Shown: positions 12,101-25,134 of the stretch, in pieces
How positions within the stretch are numbered: position 1 is the first letter of the stretch
Layout: each line of letters begins with the position of its first letter
Assembly: GCF_009914755.1 (NCBI RefSeq)
Contig: NC_060932.1
From: the human T2T-CHM13v2.0 reference genome, Homo sapiens
Length of the DNA stretch: 64,000 bases
Direction: 5' to 3' (one strand)
Program-made: the position numbers and the translations under genes
Notes under the pieces: model-generated
Told to the model about the DNA's origin: nothing
The model's database searches: none
What the model saw: only the letters and a program-made list of their open reading frames with translations

Positions 12101-14541
12101 ATGCCTTAGAGTGTAATGGAAAGTGCCGGCAGAGAAAGGGTTAAGAGATGACAATGTCCTTTTGCATCTGCTCTGACAACTTAGTCCTGCCTGATGCAAT
12201 GCAAAAAGGCTGATATTAATCCCCCCAAAAGCAGTCATATTGGAAAGGCTAATGTGACTTTCACCACAACACTGGGCCCTGTGTAGTCTGATGTTTAATT
12301 CCATTGGAATGTTATTCTTTCCATTGCTTTTCTGACTATACTTGGATTTGAAACTACCAGGTCTTACTCCAGTACAAAACTCAATCTGCCTTGTGTTTGA
12401 CAGACTTCAAAACATCCAAATCTGTTTTATTCTACGGGTTTCCACTGAATCAAAAAGCAAGGTGCATGCTTTACCAAGTAAGTGGCTTGTCCTCCTTCAG
12501 AGTTCTTGGGAGAAATCCCAGTTCCAGCGCTAAAGATGAATGGCCACTACTGAACTTCTCAGCATCCCACTGTGGGGTCTTTTCCTAGCTATATGGCAGA
12601 TATGGCATGTGCCTGGCCTGAAGAAACAAAACATTAATTTTGGAATTCTGATGGCTTTAAACCTTTGATCATCACTTTCTAACTGTCTTTAAAACATTTT
12701 GCCTACAACAGTTGCAAGCTGTGGTTTTTTTGTCTGTGTGAGGTGACTAACAGTGCTACCGCTACCGCTCTCTATGTGGGGAATGTATTCATCTAGCACC
12801 CAAAACCACCTACTGGCTTCCGGCACCTCTTATCAGCTAAGCCATCAGCCCTGAGCTGACATTTCAGCATTCAGAAGCTCCCTACCCCCACCAGAAGTAA
12901 GTGACAGGAGGAGAAAAAAGCTCATTTGGCAATAGTTTGCTTTTGCTGTTTGGCCTGGAGAAAGACATTCAGAGTGGTAGAAGATTGTTTAGGAACAGCT
13001 GGCGAGCACCAGGGTGTGAGGCTGATTTTCAGATATGACAGCCACTTACAGGAATGCTGCCAGATACAGCTGTTTAAAAGCCTTAATAAACAGCAAGTCA
13101 ATACTAATCTTTGCCAAATTAATCTTTTCCCTGACAGCCTATCAGAGCAATTATGTTTGGGCTTATTGTAAACATACAATTGTCAAACAGGGACGCTCCA
13201 GACTTTAAAATACTGTAGTTTGGTTCATACTCTTTCTTTAGAATGGGATTTTTGTTTTCTCTGTAGTATCGTAAGTCTTTCCATTTTATTTTCTAGTCAC
13301 TGTTCTTTTCTTCTGGCCTCATGTCAGTGTGAATAAAATTTCACTTTCAAATGTCTTTGCTAGCAAGCTGTTAATAAAATGTGAAATGATTCCTGCTGGT
13401 GGGCTTCATTAATTAGGCGCAACTCTGACCGTGCTGAACTATAACAGGTCATTGTTCTCAGTTGTCTCTCATCCGGGAACAAGAACTTCATCTTCACTTC
13501 TTCTCATCTACTACATTGCAGGCTGATGCTGGATACAAATGACAAGATGTTTGGCTAAGTATGAAATGAGAAGGCAAAGTCTAATCTCTCTGTGTACACG
13601 TAGATTGCCAAGTGTGTCTAACTTGGGTTTGAAGTTACCTCTTCCTCCCGCGGCTCCCAGCCTTCCTCCTCCGTGGTTGGTGAGGTTAGGGGGCTCCCCA
13701 TCCCCTTTCTCCAAGCAATGGTCTTGTGTACAGATTTGGAGACTTTTTTTTTGTTAGGAAAGGTTTTCCACACTGGGAAATCGTTCCAAATAAAAGTAGA
13801 GAAATCGCCTTTGAAAATCCTAAAAAATAGAACCAGGAAATACAGTCTTTTCCTTGCTTCACCAAGTCATACTAACACTTGGTAATTAGAAAAAAAAAAT
13901 TCAGTATCCTGTTCATCAATAGTTTAATTTAGAATCCATGAAACTTGTCTCCTGAATGTTCTCTCTTGTGTTTGACACCCTACATGTCTAGCACCTCTTT
14001 TCTCCCTTCTTATTTTCTTGGTGAGACTAGTGTGTATTAGATCTTTTACTTTTGTCACAAATAGAAAAGCTCTTGTTCAACTATGTAGGCCAAAAAAATA
14101 TGGCATAACTCATTTTGAAATTCTTTCAATCTTTTTGTAACCCTAGGTTTTTAATGAAACATTTGCATCTTCACTCCTAATGCTTGCCTGTAATATTCAA
14201 TTCCCATCTATATTTAAAGAGCCTTTAAATCATCAAGAAAACACCATACAATTCCTGTTGAGGATAATTGATGATGTTTTATTGATCTTTCTTTGTATCA
14301 TTGCATTTTTTGTGCATCTACTGTGTGCTATGACATTCCAAATTGTTTTGGAGATAAGGAAATTGTTGAATTTCAGGCAGACAAAGAGATTTTTACCATG
14401 GGGTGACTCACATGAATTCAACCATTAAGTGGAAGGGTGACTTAGATTTAGAGGTTAAACTCATGATACGAATTTTTAACCTTGCCTTGCCACTATTTTA
14501 ATATTTAATAATCAGCAAAAGAGATGAATTTTCTGTTTCTA

Positions 14542-14924
<383 letters not shown>

Positions 14925-15262
14925 TCAAATCTCTATTTAACGGATAAACATGAGGACGTCTATGTTTAACAAAAACTTTCTGTTCCAGCAGATAACCTAT
15001 TTATTACAAATGTTCATATGAATTTTTTACTATAACAAAGAAATATGAATGGCTATTGGGATTTACTGGTAATTTAAAATATTCCTTGTTTAATATAACA
15101 TACCTGTCTAGGACTCATTCTAAGTGGGGTACCTTGTAAACAAACATAATTGATTATTCCTTTGAGCATTTTCTCCCAGGACTTTGTAAAGTACTTCTAA
15201 TTCCATTTGAAATTACATATCAAGTTATGGTCAAAACCCCATTGTCTCTAATTCCCACACCT

Positions 15263-15340
15263 TTTGGTTGAATCATATGAAATTACCATTTCATAGATAA
15301 AGCAGGTCAAATATTAGCAATTTCATATGGTTCAGTCTAA
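15263..15340. mobile_element. MADE2 (mariner-derived MITE, ~80 bp)
   Basis: Inverted termini GGTTGAATCATATGAAATT ... AATTTCATATGGTTCAGTCTAA match the recalled MADE2 TIR GGTTGAACCATATGAAATTGC. Confidence 0.8.
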
Positions 15341-15482
15341 TCACTTTTCCAATGAGTGGGACAACTCTTTTGCAAAGGGCAAGAGATCCATAGAAAAGGG
15401 ATTGGTTGTTGATGTGCTAATTTTAAGTCATGCATTCATAAGTTTAAGAAATATCTTAGTAATGAATCTGAGCCAGAGTATA

Positions 15483-15927
15483 CATTGACCCTTGATTAAC
15501 AAGGGTTTGAAGCAAGCAAGTCCACTTATGTGCAAATTTTCTTTCATCTCTGCCACATCTGAGACAGCGAGACTAACCCCCTTCTTCCTCCTCCTCCTCA
15601 GCCTATACAATATGAAGAAGAGGATGAAGACCTTTATGATAATCCACTTCCACTTATTGACACTAGTTAATAACTTATTTCTCTTCTTTATGATTTTCTT
15701 AATAACATTTTCTTTTCTCCAGCTTACTTTAAGAATACAGTATATAATACATAAAACATAGAAAATATGTGTCACTCAACTGATTATGTTATCAGTAAGG
15801 CTTCTCCTCAACAATAGGCTATTAGTAGTTAAGTTTTGCGGGGGTCAAAGTTGCATAGGCATTTTCAACTGCGTGGGTGTGGGGAGGAGTTGGTGCCCCG
15901 ACCCCTGCATTGTTTGAGGGTTGACTG
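15483..15927. mobile_element. Tigger2a/MER28 TcMar-Tigger DNA transposon
   Basis: TIRs CATTGACCCTTGATTAAC ... TTGTTTGAGGGTTGACTG flanked by TA on both sides; internal CCTCCTCCTCAGCCTA...GAGGATGAAGACCTTTATGATAATCCACTTCCAC motif; ~445 bp. Confidence 0.85.
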
Positions 15928-16629
15928 TATTGCTTTGGTGGCCACGGCTTCCCATGGACTGCTTGTGGTCCATGCAGACAGGCCTCTTTGCGTTTAACAC
16001 AAATAATAAAAATAATCACAGAGACCAACTTCATCCTTGGCTATAATTTGACTAACTGGAAGTCATTATTTGACTCATTTTGCCTTATCAACTCGGTCAC
16101 ATTTGAATGGGAATCAGGATTTTTGAATTATTCTTTCTTAATCATTTCTCGATTATGTTAGAGACACAACTCAACCCACTCCTACACACTCTCGCAATTT
16201 TTTCTTTTTCTAATCAGCTATAATTTTGGTTTTGGTGTGTTGGTGAAGAAATCTGTCGTTCCACAGTGTTGCTGTTATCTCTCAGAATGACTTTACTGAT
16301 GGTGCTGGAAATCTTCGGAGTGCTTCAGCAGAGAACTCGGCGTGCACCCCCACTGTTCCTCTCAGCTACAAGCTCCAAGCCGCTGGGCTACTGTGCCCAG
16401 GGTGGATTCTGGCTTTCTGAAAGATGGGGATTTCCTAGGCAACAGCTCACTATACTAGAGCCTCAGGTTAGTGAGAGGGCATTCTCAGAGTTTCAGGAAA
16501 GAACATTTGTGGCCATGGCGGCCATTAACCCCCACTCTGCCCGATCACTTCCACCATAAAATTTATTTGGGATTTCTCATCTGACTAGGCTTGCTTTTTA
16601 GAGACTGATGGATCACCAAATAGAATACG

Positions 16630-18960
16630 GTCACGCATAATAACAGTTTTATTGATGATGTGTTTTCTTTTATTTACATTTGTTTTTACTGTATTTGGTA
16701 TTGAATTTCAACACTCTCTACCCTGGTCGCACAGCTGCTCTAGAAAAGCTGTAAACAACACGGCACTGTGCTTTCCTGCACAAACCGCCTGTCAAAGTCA
16801 AAGCTGCTCATTCTCCTCCCAGTAATTACCTTCTCAGTTTAGACTTAATGCAAGTGAAATTTTTACTTTATCATAATATAATAAATAAAAGACATTAGTT
16901 AATTAGTAGTGCTGGTATATTTCTAAAATACTAAACAGACAAACAATAAACTGTGAACTTAATCACATGAGTTCTTATACAGTTTCAAGACAGGAAAATT
17001 AGAGCTCTCAGCTACAGTCATTTTAATAATCACATGGATCTGCATTATTTATTAGTTATTACATGCTCAAGTGATTCAAGGTTGTACAATGCCTAAAATC
17101 ATTCCAAAGCAAGCATACCTTTTGTCTGTTTAATTCTGAGTGGATTACACAATGCATATATTTGTATTTAGTTAAACTGCTAAATTTATTTCACATATTC
17201 CAAGAAAGAGACATCAGCCATTCTCTTGGTTTCCAACCAGACTAACTTTCTTGATATGATCCCCTAAAAAGGAGTAAATCTGCTAGCTTTTTCTTTTTTT
17301 AATGTGAAAGCTATGCAAGCCCTCAGGCAGATTCTCAAGCACTTTTGGTTCCCTAGCAAATCTCTGGTACCTTAAGAATCCTCTTGGAAGACCCAGGAAT
17401 TCTGGAATGAGTAGTAGCTTGCAGAGGCACAAAAGACAGCAAGAATCTCAATTTCTATCAACAGCTTTCAAATTTGGATGGCTTTCCCTTTTCTTTTGCT
17501 ATCTGGTTACTCACCTTTCATTTTTAGATGCTTCCCTTTCACTTCTTCCAGCCCCTAGTTCAATTCTTAAATGCTTTCTGGATTTTGTGAAAAGCATGCA
17601 GCTTGAGGAAGTTTGGTTTGACTTTTACTTTTTTGCGGGGGGCGGGGGGTGGTGGTTCAGAATTGACTAGAACCAGCTGAGAACCAAGAAGTAACCTTTT
17701 TAAGACAGAGGACCTGTCTGTTTGTTTAGTCTTGGAGCTTGTGTGACTTGGAGGGCAATTCTGTTATGTCGTATGAAGAAATAAAGTTCTTAAATATAAT
17801 AGTTTTTTGTTTGCATCAACCAAAGAAATGCAGAAATAAGGACTGGTTACTTTAATTTGCTGCTAAATGAAAAGCAGGTTTGGCTTTATTCATGTTACTG
17901 TAAAAACTAAATAATAAAGTATTCACACCAAGCGTGAATTTTTTTTTGCCAGCAAAAGTTAAAACATCAAAGAAACCTCTTTCAAATACTAACAAATTTA
18001 CTTACAAACACCTATATTTATTATTTCATAAATAGGCGCAACAGGTTCCATAAAAAAAGATTAAATACAGACACAGTATGAAGAAACAATAAGACAGAGC
18101 CATATGTAAAAGTTGTAATTTAGCTGTTTCCAATCTGTTTCTGCATCTAATAAAATACCAGGTAAGCATTTGGCAGTTTTATACATAAAAGGACTTAAAT
18201 GACATTTACTAACCATTACACAAAAAGTGATACAAAAAAGCAATTTTTCTGCAGTACAAAATAAATGTGTTTGCGCTTCCCTTAATACTAGTTTCTTTTT
18301 GTCTGATCAATGAGACAAAGCCAATTTGTTTTTAAATTAAAATCACTTGGGAATACTTTTTATTTTCAAATATTTTGAAAATATAGAACTATCAGTCAGT
18401 TGTTTTAAAAATGAAGTAAAAATATGAATGTTTGCCAATTTAACCCCTATTGTGAAATCAATAAACTGGAATGAGCCAGTTTCAATTACAATTTAGCTAC
18501 AAAAACATTCACATTTTATACTCTAGGAGAGTGTAACATAGATGCTATTTACAAACTTGCTATGACTGCTACATCAAGCCATTTAAAAAGTCTTTAGTAG
18601 TTTCATATAAACACCCATTATGAAAACCAATGGAAAATCCAGGACTTTTATCCGAGACATCTACAGTTGCTAAGGCAGTTACTAGAGCGCAGCACTTCAC
18701 AGCAAAAAACCAACATAAAATCTGAATGGTCCAAATTTCCTTCAGGGAAGAAGAAAAACAATGTCCATAAAGGATTAAAAAAATAATAAAGAAGCATGAC
18801 TATTTCTTCCAGAGTGGGTGACCCACAAGCTCAAATGGTCCTAAGTGCTTAGCAACTTGTATTTTCTAATAAAATGGAGAACTGCCTTGACTGTACAAAG
18901 CAATCCATGGTGAAAACACTTCCCTGAATTCCTCAGTGGAAAGAAGAGGTGTTCAGATTC
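16630..18960 (-). other. TOX: TOX 3'UTR (terminal exon, ~2.3 kb; 3' end approximate)
   Basis: Follows the TGA at 18963-18961; no recognisable repeats; AU-rich; ends just after tandem AATAAA hexamers. Confidence 0.85.
16648..16674 (-). terminator. TOX: Tandem polyadenylation signals of TOX
   Basis: + strand TTTATT at 16648-16653 and 16669-16674 (AATAAA on the minus strand), with an upstream UGUA. Confidence 0.75.
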
Positions 18961-18997
18961 TCAAGTAAGGTACAGTGCTTTGTCCCTCTGCATGCCC
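18961..18997 (-). CDS. TOX: TOX last coding exon (exon 9 CDS): (G)GMQRDKALYLT*
   Basis: Acceptor TCTTTTTTCTCTTCCTACAG|G; 37 nt complete the split Gly codon from exon 8 and end in TGA; matches the TOX C-terminus. Confidence 0.95.
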
Positions 18998-19302
18998 CTG
19001 TAGGAAGAGAAAAAAGACAGTTCCTTGTTACAGGACAACCTGTGCTACAGGTGACAATGGGGGGATGGATGTCTTTGAATTATTTGCTCCAGCTTGAGCT
19101 GTTCACTGGGAAACTGCAATTAGTTAACCTACATCTGAAGTGAGAAGTGAGCTAAAGGCATTTATTCTTGGAAGAGCTAGAAGACTGCTTAACAATTTCT
19201 GGTGTCTTCTGCCTTCATGAACGTGAAACTATCCCGGATCATGTTTTTGGAAACAAGAAAACGATCAACTAGGGACGATATGCATGCTATGAGCGCTGTC
19301 CA

Positions 19303-19315
19303 CCACCAGGTGGCG
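19303..19315 (+). promoter_or_regulatory. Candidate CTCF binding motif in TOX intron 8
   Basis: CCACCAGGTGGCG matches the CTCF core consensus and lies in a local CpG-rich patch. Confidence 0.6.
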
Positions 19316-19331
19316 ATGACCGGCCGCTTAC

Positions 19332-19483
19332 CCACTACTGCAGTAGTCGTTATTCCAGTCCACCGGTTGTGGGGGAGGATTTCTGCACCCCGAACGCACA
19401 TACTCCATTGCCTGGGTGACAACTTGTGCAGCTGTAGATGTAGGATTGATAATAGTCTGATAGTCGGGTTGAAGAGTAAATCC
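19332..19483 (-). CDS. TOX: TOX exon 8 (152 nt): GFTLQPDYQTIINPTSTAAQVVTQAMEYVRSGCRNPPPQPVDWNNDYCSS(G)
   Basis: Acceptor TTTCCCTTTCAG|GGA and donor GG|GTAAGC; peptide in ORF 19328-19573. Confidence 0.97.
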
Positions 19484-21175
19484 CTGAAAGGGAAAGCAAG
19501 TCCGCAAATAAGGATCAAAATGCATTTTAAGAAGAAAAGCACCTAAATATTTATTCATTCTTTGCAGACACACTAGGCCTCTTGCTTCTGTCTCTGCAAG
19601 GGCAAGCCTGTCGGAAGAGCCCAGAAAATTTAAAACAAAGGTAGAAAAGAAATGCCCACAAGTCCATTCTTCTTACCTTTCCTTCATTTAGCCATGAGTC
19701 AGAAAACCTTTAATTATACCCTTGAGCAGATAAATTGAATTGAGAAACAATTTCAAATATAGAGGAGCCAACTCAATCAAAACAAAGGGAGAAGAGGGCC
19801 TAAACCCCTCAAAGTTTATGTTTTCTATCAAACCTAAGGATACATTAATAGTTAATCCCCAGAATATGCAACAGAATCTTTTTTGAAGGATTCAGGCAGC
19901 AGGTGGCTGAGTGTTTTATTAGACTACACCTATTCACATATTGTTCTCAAACCTCTTTTTCTTCATTCAGTCACAAAGGGACCATCTGCTTCTTCTTTTA
20001 TTTGTATTTCTCTCTCAGCTAAAAAATTTCAACCAAAGCTTTTTAACAGTTGTTGGACTAATACAGGGAAAAGAGATTCAAAACGACTTGCCATTGGAAA
20101 ACACGGGGAGGGAAAAGTGTACGACAGAGCAAATATTTTTTAATTGAAAAGTCTATTAACTGGCAAACAATAATCAGACTTCAGGAAGATTCTTCTAATA
20201 CACTGGCATGGTGAAGTGTTGACTTTTAATCCTAGCGAAGCTATTAAAAATTCAAGGACAGAATCTCTGAAGTGTATAGCTATATCTGGTAAACAAAAAG
20301 CATTCTATACTAAGATTTATTTTTAGCTTCTCTGGTGAATTCAAGATCAACATAAGCAAGTTTTTCTGGAAATGACCAAAAAGGCAACTTAATTAATCTC
20401 ATGGTTGTCTCCAAAGCAGATTCCATCCATGATTTTTAACCACTAAGAAATCAAGAGATTAAAAAACAAACCATTCTCTATTTACTTGGAGAAAGCTTTT
20501 GAAGCCATAATATTGTTGAATTTTCACTTTTAAAGAACTCAGCAGGATGACAGGAGGATTGATTTTTAACTAGGGATACCTCCTTAGACTTTTATTCATG
20601 TTTGAGTGTCCCTCGTGTAAAGACTCGAAGGCACCTATTACCAAATATTCTCATTTCTCATTATTCAGTTTTAGATATTAAGTTTATTTCCTATTCAAAT
20701 GATAAAGACTTCAAGCCAACATCACCACTGATTCCCACACAAGCTGTGGACAAAGACAAAACTCTGAATGACTGGAGACAAATCACTGAAAAATGGACAA
20801 TTCAACCAGATTGGTTACTTGATCTCACACAGACTAAAAGAAATTCACAGCTTGTTTACGGAAAATAAGTTTGTCTGTGTAGATATGACCTGTTCCTCAA
20901 GCTGTAAATATCTTCCAAAATATTTCCCTAGTGTCTAGTTCGATGCTGGGCGAAGGACAGGAGAAAACTCTTGAGAGGAGCCTTGTCTTGGCTTCCTTTA
21001 TTCAGCCTCATCACAAGGCTGCTGTAAGCATCTTGAGATCAGAGAGTGTTTCAAATACTTACTGGGTATTCTCAGGGCCTAGCCCATAATAGTGGCTCAA
21101 TAAATCATGTTTTTCATAAGTAAAGTTTATTGCAGACTGTTTGATGCTACTGTTGGAAAGGTGCAGGGTATATAA

Positions 21176-21899
<724 letters not shown>

Positions 21900-23699
21900 T
21901 AACCTAAAAGGAAAAAAGTCTCAAAAAAGAAGTAGTCGAGAATATATTGACTTAGTTGACAGCGTGGAAACATATGAAAAAGCAAAACACAAGCACAAAC
22001 AAATAAACCCAGCAACCACACGAGAACAACCCACCCCCTTTCGCTGCCCTTCCCCACACAAAGACCACAGAAACCGCCATTTTTTCCCCCCATCCAATGA
22101 AAATAGTTCTCAGGTTGTAAGAAAACATTATTAGTTTAAGATTAAATGAGTGACTTCAGTTTACAAAACCAAAATTATGTGTTAGCTACAAAGTTCAAAG
22201 ATTTAAACTTCAGCTAACTTCAATGTCTATTTTAAGATCACTAATATCAAAACAAGGACCGAGAAACATACAAGCAAAGCCTGAAGTAATATTATTTCAC
22301 ATTATTTTACTTTCTTTCAATTTAGCAAATGACACATTCCTCTGAACACTATAAAAAGAGATGCTGAGGTCAAATGTAGCACTCAGTAAATATTGATTAT
22401 TGGTGTAAATATGAAACAACATGATGACACACACTTTTTGAAAAAATGTTTGCTTAGTAGTCTAATTAAACAAGACTGAATATTTTGCATTTTAATACTC
22501 AGGAGAAAAATCACCAACTGTTTTGTAGCATGCCTGGAATTTTAAATTTCATTTTCTGGTGCCAGATTGAAATAAAAATAGGAAACATGATAAAGATTAA
22601 TTTGATGTCAGAAGGGACATTTGCTCTTTAATTAGATTTCTGCAGCCCTCGCAGTTTTGTTGTGCCACCAGAGCAAGTCCGAAAAAGCCTGCAGCACAAC
22701 CAAACAGTGATCCTCATATCCACACTTTACTGGGAACTAATTTCATTTCCTGCCTGTCTGGAGAGGTATTTTCAACAGGCATCAATGTTTTTGTCTTCAC
22801 AACTGATTTATTCATCAATCTCAATGTGATTTTTTTTAAACCTTTAAATTACACCCAAATCCTAAAGCAGCTGTTTATTACACAAGGAAATTGAAAATCT
22901 GTCTGTGTGATATCATACAAAGATTTTTTCTTAAGGTTATAAAGGAAGTTGACAGATATTAATGATTTTTTTCTCTTGACCTCATTCGACAATCTCATGA
23001 GCAGAAGAAAAGAAAGAAAACTGGACAAAAAAAGCAGGTCCACGGTTTCAGTGTATAAAACATTATTCTAGAAAAAAATGAAACTATTATTCCTGGTGGA
23101 CTACACAATCATTTTTGTAGGATACATTCATTTTCAAAAGGATAATAAAATAGCTAAAGTAATATTGGAATATGAGACACTATTTTAAAAATACAGTTGC
23201 TGTTAACGTTCTTCTCTCTCTGTCTCTCTTTCTCTCTCTCTGTCTGGTGTTTGGATATGTCCACATGGCTCCCACATGAGGAAGCAAACATCTTCAGCAT
23301 AAAGGTGTTTTGAATGATGAATCAGGTCAGATTTTATCCACAACTCAGGTCTGCATCTACAGGCTGAAGACTAACTGATGACTCGGATGTGGGCCCCAAC
23401 AGACTGTGGCGGTGGCAATAAATGAAGTGATAATGTGGAGGGGTGGTGGACTCCCTTTTTGATCCTGATTTTAGGATTATCAGTTCTCTGGGGATACCAG
23501 TCCCCTTCACCTGCAGGATCCCACTCCAATTCCCTGCCCTTGACTCTGACCTTGCCCCTACCTCTCTCTTTATTCCCCTCCTTTCCACTGGCCTCCTTCC
23601 GATCTCCTGGACAGGCCATGCTCATCCCCAGATTGGCTCTCCCAGCTAGAGTCCCCTTTCCTGGCTGCTGCTGTCTGTGGGAACGTCCTCCACACCCTT

Positions 23700-24010
23700 C
23701 CCGCTTTCCAGTATTTAAAGCGTGCTTCCTCTTCTCATCCTTCAGGTCACTGTGCCAGCCCTTGAGAAGGGCCTTCCTTGTCCATCCTAGCTAAAGGCTC
23801 TGTCCTTCCTGCATGCACCCTGAAAGTCTGGAATTCTGTCTTCCAGTTTTATTTTTTTCAGGGGACCTTCGTTATTTGTTTATCATATCACCACTGCCAT
23901 CCCTCCCCTGCCAACTCCACGGGGCAGGGGTCTCATGACTTGTTCTCACTCATCACTCAATTTCCAGAGCCTAGATAGTGCCTACCACATGTTAGGGGTT
24001 CAATTAAAAT
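23700..24010 (+). mobile_element. LINE-2 3' fragment, approximate
   Basis: CTCATCCTTCAGGTC...CTCCACGGGGCAGGGGTCTCATGACTTGTTC...CCAGAGCCTAGATAGTGCCTACCACAT resembles the L2 3' end. Confidence 0.6.
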
Positions 24011-25134
24011 TTTTCGAATCAATTACATTTTTAAAAACTTCCAAGGAATTGAAATTGAAATTCTACTACCTGATCTTTAAATCCTTCTAACAGTGAAACA
24101 CTTTTACTGCTCATTTGTTTGTTTATTTGTTCACTACTCAACAATTATTTTGACTCCTTACCATGATCAAGGCATTGTTAAAAGAGTTCTTAGTCAATGT
24201 AGTCTTTGGAGCGATTTAATCTCCATTTTGGGCTTATGCCATTTGGGTAAATTGTAATCAGGTCTTCCCATCTCAGCAAGCATACTTTTTGGGATACACT
24301 AACAGAACTGACTTAAAGGATGATGAATAACTTGTCCAATGTAATCTGTTCTATTTTTTCTTATACAGTTAAGATTCTATATGGAAAGACAAATCTCTTG
24401 GATTTTTACATGTGGTCTTATGTAAATCTGAAATATTTGAAAACTATTCAGGATCATGGCCACATCATCCAAGGTGTTTGTGTTAGCATAAATAGAAAAA
24501 GTAATCATCTCTGATTGATAAATCAGAAAAAAAGATCTCTGCACACAGCTCCAGCCCGCAGCATGGTGAGGAAACTGAACTTTTGGTTTTTTTCCTTCAG
24601 GAAGAAACAGCCCCCAACTATAGCACTGTAAGCAAAACATGGGTCCTTAGCTAGGCAGCACCCTCAAACAGGGGCCAATTACCCAACCAAGGGTGGCATC
24701 CTCCAAACCATTAATTCTTCATACAAACACTACTGGTTCATTAAGATGCATGGATACCCAAGTATGTCCCTTTAATTGAAGTTGATGTCTGATGGGAAGA
24801 GTGGGAATTTGACCCTCAGAATATAACTTGGTCATATGCCTCTTAAGACAAGGCAGGGTGGTGGGAAGTGGCTTTCTACGTACTCTTCTTCCCCAGTGAA
24901 TCAACAACTGTCTGTTGGATGCAGATAAGAAAATCATCATAGCTTTAACAGTATCTTTGGCTTAGGGACCAAGAAAGACTTCAGTAAGAAGATAAATCCC
25001 TTTGTTCTTCATAACGACTTTGATTTGAGAAGTAACCAGAATTTAAAGATCCTTTGAATTCTTAGGAGATACAGGTTTTCTCATATGAAAGAGTTAAGAG
25101 TCTACAAGAACGACTGTGAATGAGATGCAGCAAG

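Noticed and set aside
19189-19546. Overlapping 114-117 aa ORFs on both strands
   Set aside because: Shadow and alternate frames of GC-rich TOX exon 8; no independent support.
23334-23794. Cluster of 68-119 aa ORFs, one with a signal-peptide-like start
   Set aside because: Non-ATG starts in pyrimidine-rich, partly L2-derived sequence; no recognisable domain.
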